Shown here: positions 14,698 to 26,239 of the stretch, piece by piece
Layout: the number at the start of each line of letters is the position of its first letter
How positions within the stretch are numbered: position 1 is the stretch's first letter
Assembly: GCF_009914755.1 (NCBI RefSeq)
Contig: NC_060935.1
Reading direction: 5' to 3' (one strand)
From: the human T2T-CHM13v2.0 reference genome, Homo sapiens
Length of the DNA stretch: 64,000 nucleotides
Notes under the pieces: generated by a model
Database searches by the model: none
Told to the model about the DNA's origin: nothing
Seen by the model: only the letters and a program-made list of their open reading frames with translations
Program-made: the position numbers and the translations under genes

Positions 14698-15252
14698 TGT
14701 ATTAGTCAGGGTTCTCTAGAGGGACAGAACTTATAGGATAGATGTATATATGAAGGGGAGTTTATTAAGGAGTATTGACTCACACAATCACAAGGTGAAG
14801 TCCCACAATAGGCCATCTGCAAACTGAGCAAGGAAGCCAGTCCAAGTCTCAAAACCTCAAAAGTAGGAAAGCTGACAGTGCAGCCTTTAGTCTGGTCTGT
14901 GGCCGAAGGCCTGAAAGCCCCTGGCAAATCACTGGTGTAAGTACACGAGTCGAAAAGCTGAAGAACTTGGAGTCTGATGTTTGAGATCAGGAAGCGTCCA
15001 GCACAGGAGAAAGATGAAACTGAAAGACTAAGCAAGTGTAGTTCTTCCAGCTTCTTCCGCCTACTTCACTCTAGCCTAGCCATGCTGGTAGCTCATTAGT
15101 TGATGTCCACCTAGATTGAGGGTGGGTCTGCCTCTCCCAGTCCACTCACTCAAATGTTAATCTCCTTTGGCAACACCCTCACAGACACACCCAGGAACAA
15201 TACTTTGCATCCTTCAATCCAGTCAAGTTGACACTCAGTATTAACCATCACA
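14698..15252 (-). mobile_element. Solo ERVL LTR, MLT2-type (MLT2A-like), inserted in a MIR
   Basis: Termini tgtattagtcagggttctctagag...cagtattaaccatcaca. Perfect 5-bp TSD cctag (14693-14697 and 15253-15257). MIR halves lie on both sides (~14600-14697 and ~15253-15390). Confidence 0.92.
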
Positions 15253-16039
15253 CCTAGGGAGTGTTATTTATTTCCTAATTCTCGGTTATCTCCTGTTCAC
15301 AATAGCTTCTACATCATAAGGCTACTTTTAGAACTAAAAGAGGTAATACGTATATAGCACTGAACACAGTCCCTGGCACATATTTATGCTCATTATATGT
15401 TACGAATCATTATCATCGTTCCATGCACTTATCTGTCATATAAGAGGTAGATGCTTACTCTTCTATTTTCCTGAATTGCTAAGGAGAAGGGATGTACAGC
15501 CACAGTGCAAGCAAGTTGCAACCCACCTCACTTTTACAAAATTCAAATGTAAAGAATATATATTTTATGATAAGCATATGTGACCTGAAATGTTTTCATT
15601 TTTCTTTGCAATTAATACTACTTGACAAAGTTGAAATGTTGATACTACTCTAACAATATGTTAACTTAGATGACTGAAAAGAGCACAGAGACTCAGATGT
15701 TAAACTGTGATTGACAGTCAACTGACAACAGCAAGTGCCTAATAAGCCTATGGTACTAGTGACAACATGGCAGGGTACCATCGGGGAAACATCTGGGGCA
15801 TCAAGAAAGAGAGCTGAAACAGGCTTATTTTTATTTCTAAGATCAGAAAGCCTGAAGCTGAATCACATTTGTTAGGCATTGATTCATTCTTGGTAGTGAG
15901 CTGTCAGCAATGGGCAACATCCCAGGAAAGAAAACCTCTGTGGCAATAACAGAGAGATAAAGAAAGGAAATATTAACAGGACATTATCCTCAGTGCTCTC
16001 AAAAAATCAAAATCCTGAGAGGTGAGGAATTATGGAACA

Positions 16040-16260
16040 GTTGAGCTTACATACTCTAGTGTAAGCTGGACCTGAGTTTGACACATTACTGCGTGACGCA
16101 GGGCAAATTTAATTTCTCTAAGTTTACATTATGTCATTTACTAAATGAGGAAAATGCTCACAGTTTTGAGTTGTCAAGAGGAAGAATTCGTATAAAATGC
16201 TTAACATTGTCATTAGCAAAAGGGAGGGTTCAATGTATTTAATTTTCATTATTGCCATCA
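16040..16260. mobile_element. MIR
   Basis: gacctgagtttg...gcagggcaaatttaatttctctaagtttacatt...aaaatgcttaac. Confidence 0.55.
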
Positions 16261-16530
16261 CTTACCATCATCATCATCATCATAATCATGATTAACTGAC
16301 ATCCGTAGAATTTTACAAGTATAGAGAGCAGGCAAAATGAAATTTGTTATCCAGCAACGATCCTTATTATTTAACAAATTGAGAGAATAAATAGATATTG
16401 TCTAAAATGTCATACAAACATACATATATGGGCATTGTCATAACCTGCATATATTACATTTCCTAAAATAAGAAAGACTGGATGTTGTCAGCATGGGCTT
16501 ATGTCACATTCTGGTTCCTTTCTCCAGAGC

Positions 16531-16532
<2 letters not shown>

Positions 16533-16584
<52 letters not shown>

Positions 16585-16588
16585 GTGT
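16533..16588. repeat. (TG)n microsatellite with one interruption
   Basis: Read directly from the sequence. Confidence 0.98.
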
Positions 16589-16760
16589 ATACATATATCT
16601 CCATCATATATATGAAATTTGATAATTATGAGAAAGTAAAATACAGTATTCTATAAATATTGACACATAAAATAGATTTTATAGTCCTCTGTACCATTAA
16701 AAAAAAGTCCAACAAGCTCAAAACATTATTTGTTATGTTGAAAAATTCCACTAGACATTC

Positions 16761-17077
<317 letters not shown>

Positions 17078-17379
17078 TAGACATTCTTATACTTCCAAAA
17101 TACTATTGAGGTGTTTTTGCTACAGAAAATAACTTATCTAAAAATTATTTTTAAAAATTATATTCTACATACTGATTTATTTTATCTTCACCTCGATAAG
17201 ATCACCTTTTTCATTGTCACAAAAAGGACTACAATTAGAGATCTTAGTTAATCACATATGTTTTCTCATAGTGCTTATTTGTCATGGACCAAATAAATTA
17301 TTACTCATGGACAGGAAATCAGAAACTTATGTTGGGTTTCCCCTCAATGGGCAATATATTTGACATGAAGAATTGAATA

Positions 17380-18535
17380 AAAAAGCAATAAAGTGGAAGA
17401 ATGTATGAAAGTTCTCAGAAACAACAACAACATTCCACAGTGGTGGGATATGTCAACAGGAGCCAATTGAAAGAGCTCACAATGGCAGAAGCTAGAACAA
17501 TGAGAAACAAAAGAAAGTAATATTGAATTATAACACAAAATATAAAATATCTATGAATCATACTGAAGTATATATATCTCAGTATATAAAGAAATATATT
17601 CCTTCTCTCTCTTCCTTATATATATATATCAGTATCAATTCATAGATACTTATTTTATATTTTGTGTAATATTGGATTATATATAAGATATATTCAATGT
17701 TGAATATGTACATATGTATTCAATAATGTAAGTCTATATACATATATGACTGAAACATACATGTATGTATACATACATATATGATTGAAATAGACATGTG
17801 TGTGTGTATATATACATATATGATTGAAAGAATTACTAAAAGGAGAGAATAGACAAATTTCCCATTCAGAGTTCCAAATAATTTTTGAAGATACTCCGCC
17901 CTCATGGAGACAAAAACCAAACCACCCACTGCTTAAGTGTGGCATGTACTTAGAGATTTCCTTCCAAAGAATCAGCACGGAAAAAGGGAAAAGGAATAAT
18001 TTTATAGAGGGGAAGCCTGGCAAACACAATCTCGACTAAGGGATAAAAATCAACATCAACATGTCATGGTGATAATATGAATCCTGGATAAGCTGTGTTT
18101 GAAATGGCACTTTACCTCTGTGATCTTTCTCTCTCAAACCAATATCCCCAGTAAGATAATGGGGGAAAAAAATCAGACCATTGCCAATTGAGGGACATTT
18201 TGCAAAATAACTGACCAAAACTGCAAATAAAAGGGAAGTATGAGAAACTGTCACAACCAAGAGAAGCTGAAAAAGACATGACAACAATGTAATATGGTCT
18301 TCTGGATGGGATTTGAACAGACCAGAAAAAATACATTAGGTCAAAACTTAGGAAATCTGAATAAATTGTATACTTTAGTTAATAACAATATATAAAATTG
18401 GTTGATTATTGTGACAAGTCTGCCATATTTATGTAAGATAAGGGAATCTGGATGTGGGTATATGGGGACTTTCTTTACTAGCTTCTCAATTTCTCTTACA
18501 GTCTCAAACCATTCTAAAATGAAAAGTTTATTTTT
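17380..18535 (+). mobile_element. Old L1 3' UTR (L1MC/L1MD-type)
   Basis: ggagagaatagacaaatttccc, ttccttccaaagaat, gaaatggcactttacctctgtgatctttc, and end ctaaaatgaaaagttta. Confidence 0.8.
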
Positions 18536-18559
18536 TATTATTTTTTGATGTCCCAATAT

Positions 18560-20200
18560 CTTTTTATTATTATTATTATATTTTAAGTTCTGGGGCACTA
18601 GTTCAGAACGTGCAGATTTGTTACATAGGTATACACGTGCCATGGTGGTTTGCTGCACCCATCAACCCATCATCTACATTAGGTATTTCTCCTAATGCTA
18701 TGCCTCCCCTAGGCCCCCACCCCCCAACAGGCCCAGGTATGTAATGTTCCCCTCTCTGTGTCCATGTGTTCTCATTGCTCAACTCCCACTTATGAGTGAG
18801 AACAGGCAGTGTTTGGTTTTCTGTTCTTGTGTTAGTTTGCTGAGAATGATGGTTTCCAGCTTCATTCATGTCCCTGCAAAGGACATGAACTCATCCTTTT
18901 TTATGGCTGCGTGGTATTCCTTGGTGTTTATGTGCCACATTTTCTTAATCCAGTCTATCATTGATGGGCATTTGGGTTGGTTCGAAGTCTTTGCTATTGT
19001 GAATAGTGCTGCAATAAACATACATGTGCATATGTCTTTTTAGTACAATGATTTATAATCCTCTGGGTATATACCCAGTAATGGGATTGCTGGGTCAAGT
19101 GGTATTTCTAGTTCTAGATCCTTGAGGAATCACCACACTGTCTTCCACAATGGTTGAACTAATTTACACTCCCAACAACAGTGTAAAAGCATTTCTATCT
19201 CTCCACATCCTCTCCAGCATCTGTCGTTTCCTGACTTTTTAATGATCGTCATTCTAACTGGCCTGAGATGGTATCTAATAGTGGTTTTGATTTGCATTTC
19301 TCTAATGTAATGATGAGCTTTTCTTCGTATGTTTGTTGGCCACATAAATATCTTCTCTTGATAAGTATCTGTTCATATCCTTCGCCCACTTTTTGATGGG
19401 GTTGTTTGCTTTTTTTCTCGTAAATTTGTTAAGTTCTTTGTAAATTCTGGATATTAGCCCTTTGTCAGAAGGATAGATTGCAAAAATTTTCTTTCATTCT
19501 GTAGGTTGCCTGTTCACTCTAATGACAGTTTCTTTTGCTCTGCAGAAGCTCTTTAGTTTAATTAGATCCCGTTTGTCAATTTTGGCTTTTGTTGCCATTG
19601 CTTTTGGTGTTTTAGTCATGAAGTCTTTGCCCATACCTATGTCCTGAATGGTATCACCTAGGTTTTCTTGAAGGATTTTTATGGTTTTAGGTCTTACATT
19701 TAAGTCTTTAATCCATCGTGAGTTAATTTTTGTATAAGGTGTAAGGAAGGGGTCCAGTTTCAGTTTTCTGCATATGGCTAGCCAGTTTTCCCAACACATT
19801 TTTTTAAATAGGGAATCCTTTCCCCATTGCTTGTTTTTGTCAGGTTTGTCAAAGATCAAATGGTTTTAGATGTGCAGTGTTGTTTCTGAGGCCTCTGTTC
19901 CGTTCCATTGGTCTATATATCTGTGTTGGTACCAGTACCATGCTGTTTTTGTTACTGTAGCCTTGTAGTATAGTTTAAAGTCAGGTAGCCTTGATGCCTC
20001 CAGCTTTGTTCTTTTTGCTTAGGATTGCCTTGGCTATGTGGGCTCTTTTTTGGTTCCATATGAAGTTTAAAGTAGTTTTTTCTAATTCTGTGAAGAAAGT
20101 CAATGGTAGCCTGATGGGGACAGCATTGAATCTATAAATAAGTTTGGGCAGTATGGCCATTTTCACGATATTGATTCTTCCTATCCATGAGCATGAAATG
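18560..20200 (-). mobile_element. 5'-truncated L1PA (about L1PA7/8), ~1.6 kb
   Basis: Antisense 3' end ttttaagttctgggg...gtgcagatttgttacatagg. ORF fragments 19130-20166 translate to disrupted L1 ORF2 ([33 protein letters not shown]). Confidence 0.97.
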
Positions 20201-21746
20201 AAGCAATATAACTCCTAAATATATTGCATGAGCATTAAGTGCTCTATTTGGAGGAAGAATAGAATCTTTTCAGCTGGGAGTCTCAGCAAATGTTTCCAGG
20301 AAAGATTGAGGACTGAGATCAACACTGAAATATAAAAATTAACCACTCCACAGGAATTTTTCATTTAGTAGGAAAATTCCAGAACATGAAAATGCCTTTA
20401 CATCAAAAAGGTCCACTTTTAAATTTTACAGTGGCATCTCCAATATGAACAAAGAATATCAGTGTCATTTTCTTCCCCAACTATGTATGCAGACACTCTT
20501 ATAACACCCTAAAAAAGCACATGTTCTTATTTGTCATTACTATCATTTAAATAAATCTGATTATTATTTTGAGCAAATAATAGGTGGACAACTTGGACTA
20601 CCACATCATGAAAGATTTTTAAATTTGTTATCTGCTCTCTTGCTAAACCTTAAGAAACTTTAGAAAAAAAAGTTTGCGTTCAGATAGTAATTCAATAATG
20701 TATTAATTTATTAGACAAATGTTTGTTGAGCACCCACTAAATGGCAGACAGGATTTCAGACACAGAAAGCACAATAATACCTAAAGCACTGCAGTCTCTC
20801 ACAAGCTGATGCCTCTGTGTTCATGGCAAGGATACTGCAGGAAGGATGTAGTGAGTTGTGGGCAAAGAAAAAAAATCAGATCCTTTTTGATTTCTGTTTA
20901 GGTTGAATTTGATTGTCTCCAATTCAATGATAATATGGTAACATATGTTCTGATAATAAAATTAGCACCATTCTATCCATTCCTTCACATTAAGCTAACC
21001 AACATCACATTGTCTTTATCTATCTATATATGTGTGTATATATTAACATAAGCATATTTATATATTTTGTCATATATTTGGCTAGAGCAAATAATATATA
21101 GTTTTTAAAAAATTATCTGGCTTTGCATAGTTTAATCATTTGGGGCTAAGGATCAAGAGAGAGAGTGAGAGATAGCATTTCTCTTTGTTTTCTGATGTTT
21201 GTGCAGCTGTTGCCACTGCCTTGCCAGGGTTTTTTTTTTCCAAAAGGGAGCTACTGGTATCCTTAATGCCAGCTGGTGGCATTCTTTTATTAAGCAAGAT
21301 GAAAATAAAATTATCTCTTCCTGCTGTTGCTATAGTGACTGCTGTACCTACCATCTCCCGTTCCCACCTAGTAGGTGGTATATAGGTTTTTCTGGAGCCA
21401 AATATATTGCTCATGGTGGCATAGTTCACATTTCAACCTGGTGCTTCATTTGTCCACAGACTGTTCCTTGTTTATGATGCAAATGATCTTTCTCGTCCTC
21501 ACTTTCTAAGAAGCAAGGTTTAAGTTCAATACTATTAATCTCTGTTAAATGTAAAGGCTTATAAAGACACCAGAGTCCTAAATGTGATGTGAATAGTTCT
21601 GGATAACCAAAACCTAAATAAACAACTGGAGAGTTTCAAATTTTATAGGTTTTTTTTTCACAAGCTATTTTTGTTTACCACCTGCAAAAATCTAACTACA
21701 ACTGAAAAAAAAAAATTCCCAGTATATTATGACAGGTACCAGCAGC

Positions 21747-21828
21747 AAAAAAAAAAAAAAACAAAAAACAAAAAACAAAAACAAAAACAAAAAAAACAAA
21801 ACCAAGCAAAACAAACAAACAAAAAAAC
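21747..21828. repeat. A-rich / (CAAAAA)n low-complexity repeat
   Basis: Read directly from the sequence. It explains the K/Q-rich ORF 21671..21856. Confidence 0.95.
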
Positions 21829-22634
21829 CATGAATTCACAGCAGTTAGATCAATAAATTTTGAGAACTAAATATTTATAAACAGACAAAAATAGGGAAAT
21901 GACTTTTGGTTAGCTGTTCCTTGGAAAGTTTTTTCACCTTACTAATAAAATATCAATGATTATGCAGAAAAACAAGTGCTAGCTATGATAATTTTGAAAT
22001 CCAAAGTCAAATTGGAGAGGATTTATATAAAATGTAAGTTACGTGGTTTTGGATTTAGAAACATCTAAATTTTACCTTATGAAGAAGATTAGCTCTGCTT
22101 ACTGAAAAAACATAGGAAGACATATTGTCCTTCCTCATGGCATACCATCACCATCAGTGCTACTGCCCAAAGTCACCAGAGTATTTTTCTTGACATGCCC
22201 CAAGCATTTACAATAATTTGTAGTTAGCACTTCCTATAAATATATAAGGCAGAAATCAGGTAGGCCTAGAAAAGGCACATCGCATTTGAATTATATAACC
22301 CCAGTGGATAAAGTGCTAAAGGTAGGGCATAAGGATATTAAGAACCTTGGTAGCATCAGATAATAGAATTGTGATTTTTGCTGCTCCCCATCAGTTCAGT
22401 GTCAGTACTAGGCATCCAAGAGGGGACAATGTCTCACCTTAGTCCAGCAGAGCTGTCCTAGATAAATGTCTGCTAGACCTGGGAATTTGAAAAGGGCTAG
22501 TCAATATTGACATTCCCTATAGTTAGTTACCATAGAAGAAGACTTGATCTGTACAGTAAGTGAAATGAAAACTTCTCATACCCTATCTGGTGGCAAATGT
22601 CAAATGAAGAGATATCTCCTCAAGAGACAGTTAA

Positions 22635-25600
22635 GAGGTTTCAGTTCAAGATGGCTGGCTAGACCCAGATAGTGCCATGCCTTTCTCATGGAAAGGAAAC
22701 AAAATAACAAGTGAATACTAACACTTCAAGTGGATTATCTAAGAGATCACTTTGTGATTCACCAGGGAAGTGACAGGACCCACATAGAGCAGAGAGGAAT
22801 GAAGCCATGAAGCTGAACATTAACCCACCCAGAACTGGTATGGAGCCGAGGAAAGCTCCCTAAGTTGGGAAAGTGAGTGGGGGAAGAGTGAGTGAGTAAG
22901 AGTCTCCCCTGGGGATCACACTTCTGCCATGGACTTTTGTAGTTCAGCTCTTGACTCCCTCGGGCTTCCAGAACAGCAGAGAGCTATGTGGAGTCTGTGC
23001 AGAGGCACTGCTCAAGCCCACATGGAACCAACCCCACAAGCTTTTGATTTTCTAGCAGCCCGGTTCCAGCAGCCACTGCCCCACTGAGAAAGGAGACACA
23101 GCATTTTTCCGTGTCCCTAGAATAGATGGCGCATCCATAGTACTAAGAAGCAGCTAGACTCCATACTGCGTAAGTCCTTGCCTCTGCAGCTCCTTAGTAG
23201 GTGGGACTCACTGGCTTGGGTCCCCAGCACAGCCTCCCTGAATTTCCTGAACACTGCAGTCATGGCTCTGTTTCTCTGAGTGCATAACTCCCAGAGGTAG
23301 CTAACAGGCCCTTCACTATCACTGCTGCCTTCACTCCTCCTGTCCCCAAGCCAGGGAGGGAACAAGGAGGTGGGGCACATTTGTGGACCTCCAGTATGGA
23401 TGTCATAGCTGACATATGGAGGAATAGTGGTAGGCTTGTGCCCCACAAGTCCCTGCCTTCACTGCTCTCTGCCAAACAGGGCTTGCTGCCTTTCGGCCCA
23501 TAACACACTTACTCATCCCCTGGCTGATCACTGCGGTCATGGCTCTGTGTTCTGAGTACATACCTTCCAGAAGTAGCTGATAGGCCCTCTGTGATCACAG
23601 CTGCTGCTGTCTCTGCACATGCTGCTCCCAGATTGAGAGAGACTGAAGAGATGGGTCACTTTCATGTACCTCCAGCATGGGACTCCATAGCTGAGATACA
23701 GAGGAGTAGCAGGCACGTGATGTACCCCACAACTTCCCACCTCTGTTGTTCCCTGCCAAACAGAACTCACTGACTTCCAATCTCCAATGCAGCCTTTCCA
23801 CCCCTGCCTGATCCCTACAATCATGGGTTATTCCTCTAAGAGCCCAGTTTCCTGAGGCCAGCAACAAATATTCACAATTGTTGCTTCCATTGATTCTGCC
23901 CCTACCACCCCCAGGCCAGTTCAGGAGCAAGAAGGCTTCTCACCTTTGCATGCTTCAAACAATGAAATTTAGAACTCCTTGTGTGGGAGGGAGGTTCAAG
24001 CACACAACATGCCCCATAGCTGTCAGCTGCCACTGTCCCAGCTGAGGGTTCCTGCTCTTCCAATGAAGGGCCCACGTCACAGCTGCCCTGCCCCAGCCTG
24101 AATATTTAAGCTTTGACCCAGAGCCCTGTTAAAAACATAAACCCCACAGGCCTCTGATATTCCCTTGGGATCCCACCACCTAAGCATTCTGCCTGCCCTG
24201 ACCTGAAAGTTCTGCCAGTGACCCGGGTACCAGCCCATCCCTCCCCATCATAGCGAGCATCTGAACTAGACTAGACCAAGTGGAAGAAAGAACTTCAATG
24301 CGTAAAAACTGTTCTTTTGAACTAGCCCAGTCAGTTGCAAATAAAGAAAAAAATTTAAAAAACAAAACCTTTGAGAAATAAGAGATTATGTAATGTAACT
24401 AAACCTACAAGTTATTGGAATTCCTAAGAGAGAAAAAGAAAAAGTAAACAACCTGGAAAACATTTGAGAGGATAAATAATTAAAAAATATTGCTAGAGGT
24501 AGATATTCGGATATGAGGAAACCAGAGAACACCTATGAGATAATATACAAGATAAACATTACTGAGGCATTTGGTTACTAGACTATCCAAGGTTGGTGCT
24601 AAAGAAAAAATGTTAAAGGCGGCTAGAGAAAAGGTTCAAATCATCTACAAAGGAAAACCAATCAGACTAACAGTGGACTTCTCAGCAGAGACCTTACAAG
24701 CCAAAAGAGGTTGGTGTTGTATTTTTAGCCTCCTTTAAAAAAAAAAATGTCAGCTAAGAATTTTATATTACTACAAACTAAGCTTCATAAATGAAGGAGA
24801 AATACTCTTTCCCAGACAAGCAATTACTGAGACAATTTGTCACCACTAGACCAGTCCTACAAGAAATGCTCAAAGGAATTCTAAATGTGGAAACTAAAGG
24901 ATGATACTTGGCATCAGAAAATGACAGATATATACAGAACTCACAGACCCTATAAAGCAACTGCGTAATTAAAACTCCAAAACAACTAGCTAACAACACT
25001 ATGTCAGGAATAAAAACTTACATATCAATATTAATCTTGAATCTAAATGACCTACATACCCCACTTAAAACATGTAGTGGCAAATTGGATAAATAAATAA
25101 GATCTAATGATCTGCTGTCTTCAGGAGACCTATCTCACATGTAATGACATCCATAGGCTCAAAGTAAATGGTTGGAGAAATATCTGTCACACAAATTGAA
25201 AACAAGAAAAAGCAGGTTGAACAACAGCATCAAGTCAGAAATCAAAATAAAAAGTTTAATGAAAATAGAAACATAACATACAAAACCTCCTGAATACAGT
25301 GAAGGCATTGCTAAGAGGAAATTTTATAGCATTAAATGCCTACATAAAAAATAGAAAAATCTTCAGCTGGAAATGTAATGCTGCATCTCAAAGAATAAGA
25401 AAAACAAGAACAAATCAAACCTAAATGTAGCAGAAGAAAAAATACTAGAGCAGAACTAAATGAGTTTGAGGCCAAAAAATGATACAAAGGATCAATGAAA
25501 TAAAAGGTTGGTTCTTTGAAAGGATAAAGGAAATTGATAGAATGCTAGCTAGCCTAAGGAAAAAAAAGAGAGAAGATTCAAATAAGTACAATTGGAAATG

Positions 25601-25709
25601 ATTAAGATGACATCACAACTGATACCAGAAAAACAAAAAAAGATCATCAGAGACTAGTATGATCACCTTGATGTACACAAACTAGAAAACCTGAAGACGT
25701 AAGATAAAT
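22635..25709 (+). mobile_element. 5' half of an old primate L1 (L1PB/L1MA-age): 5' UTR with ~280-bp monomers, ORF1, and the start of ORF2 with an internal deletion
   Basis: caagatggctggctagac start, ORF1-like atcagactaacagtggacttctcagcagag and ctaagcttcataaatgaaggagaaata, and endonuclease-region atatcaatattaatcttgaat. Confidence 0.88.
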
Positions 25710-25734
25710 AGCATAGTTCCTGCTTCAATAAGCT

Positions 25735-25850
25735 TACTTATTCATTCACTCAATCACTGCTTCTTTCAACAAATATAAATTAAATGCCTATTATATTCTA
25801 GACACAGGCACTGATGATACAGCAGTGAGAAACAATGAATTTGCCTTTTG
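25735..25850 (-). mobile_element. L2 3' end fragment
   Basis: ttcattcactcaatc...caacaaatataaattaaatgcctatt...gatacagcagtgag. Confidence 0.6.
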
Positions 25851-26239
25851 AAGAACACTAATTGTTTTCATTCATTTTGTTATTTAAAGAATATTCCTAG
25901 AAATTATGTATTTTCATTGTGTGGTGACTACCGTGATTTTTTTTTCATTTTACAATTTCTGCTTTATGAAATCTTACTACTTTTTATCTTTATTCTAATG
26001 ATTCTCTGAGTTTAGCAGATATAGAAACATAACATTCCCAAGTAATGTTAAATTTATATCTCTTTTAAACAATTTTATATCCTGTATTTTTCTCATTTCA
26101 CCTATTCTACTGAATTACTTAGAATTTCAAGATCAACGTAAAGTTGCTTCTTTAGTGGAAATGCCTCTAATGTTTCTCTATTAAGTATAATATTTGTTTC
26201 AAGTTAGATAGAATTAATGAAACTAAGCTGTTGAGATCT

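Noticed and set aside
23117-23930. GC-richer block with several minus-strand ORFs, suggesting a gene or CpG-island promoter
   Set aside because: Explained by the old L1 5' UTR monomers, and CpGs are depleted.
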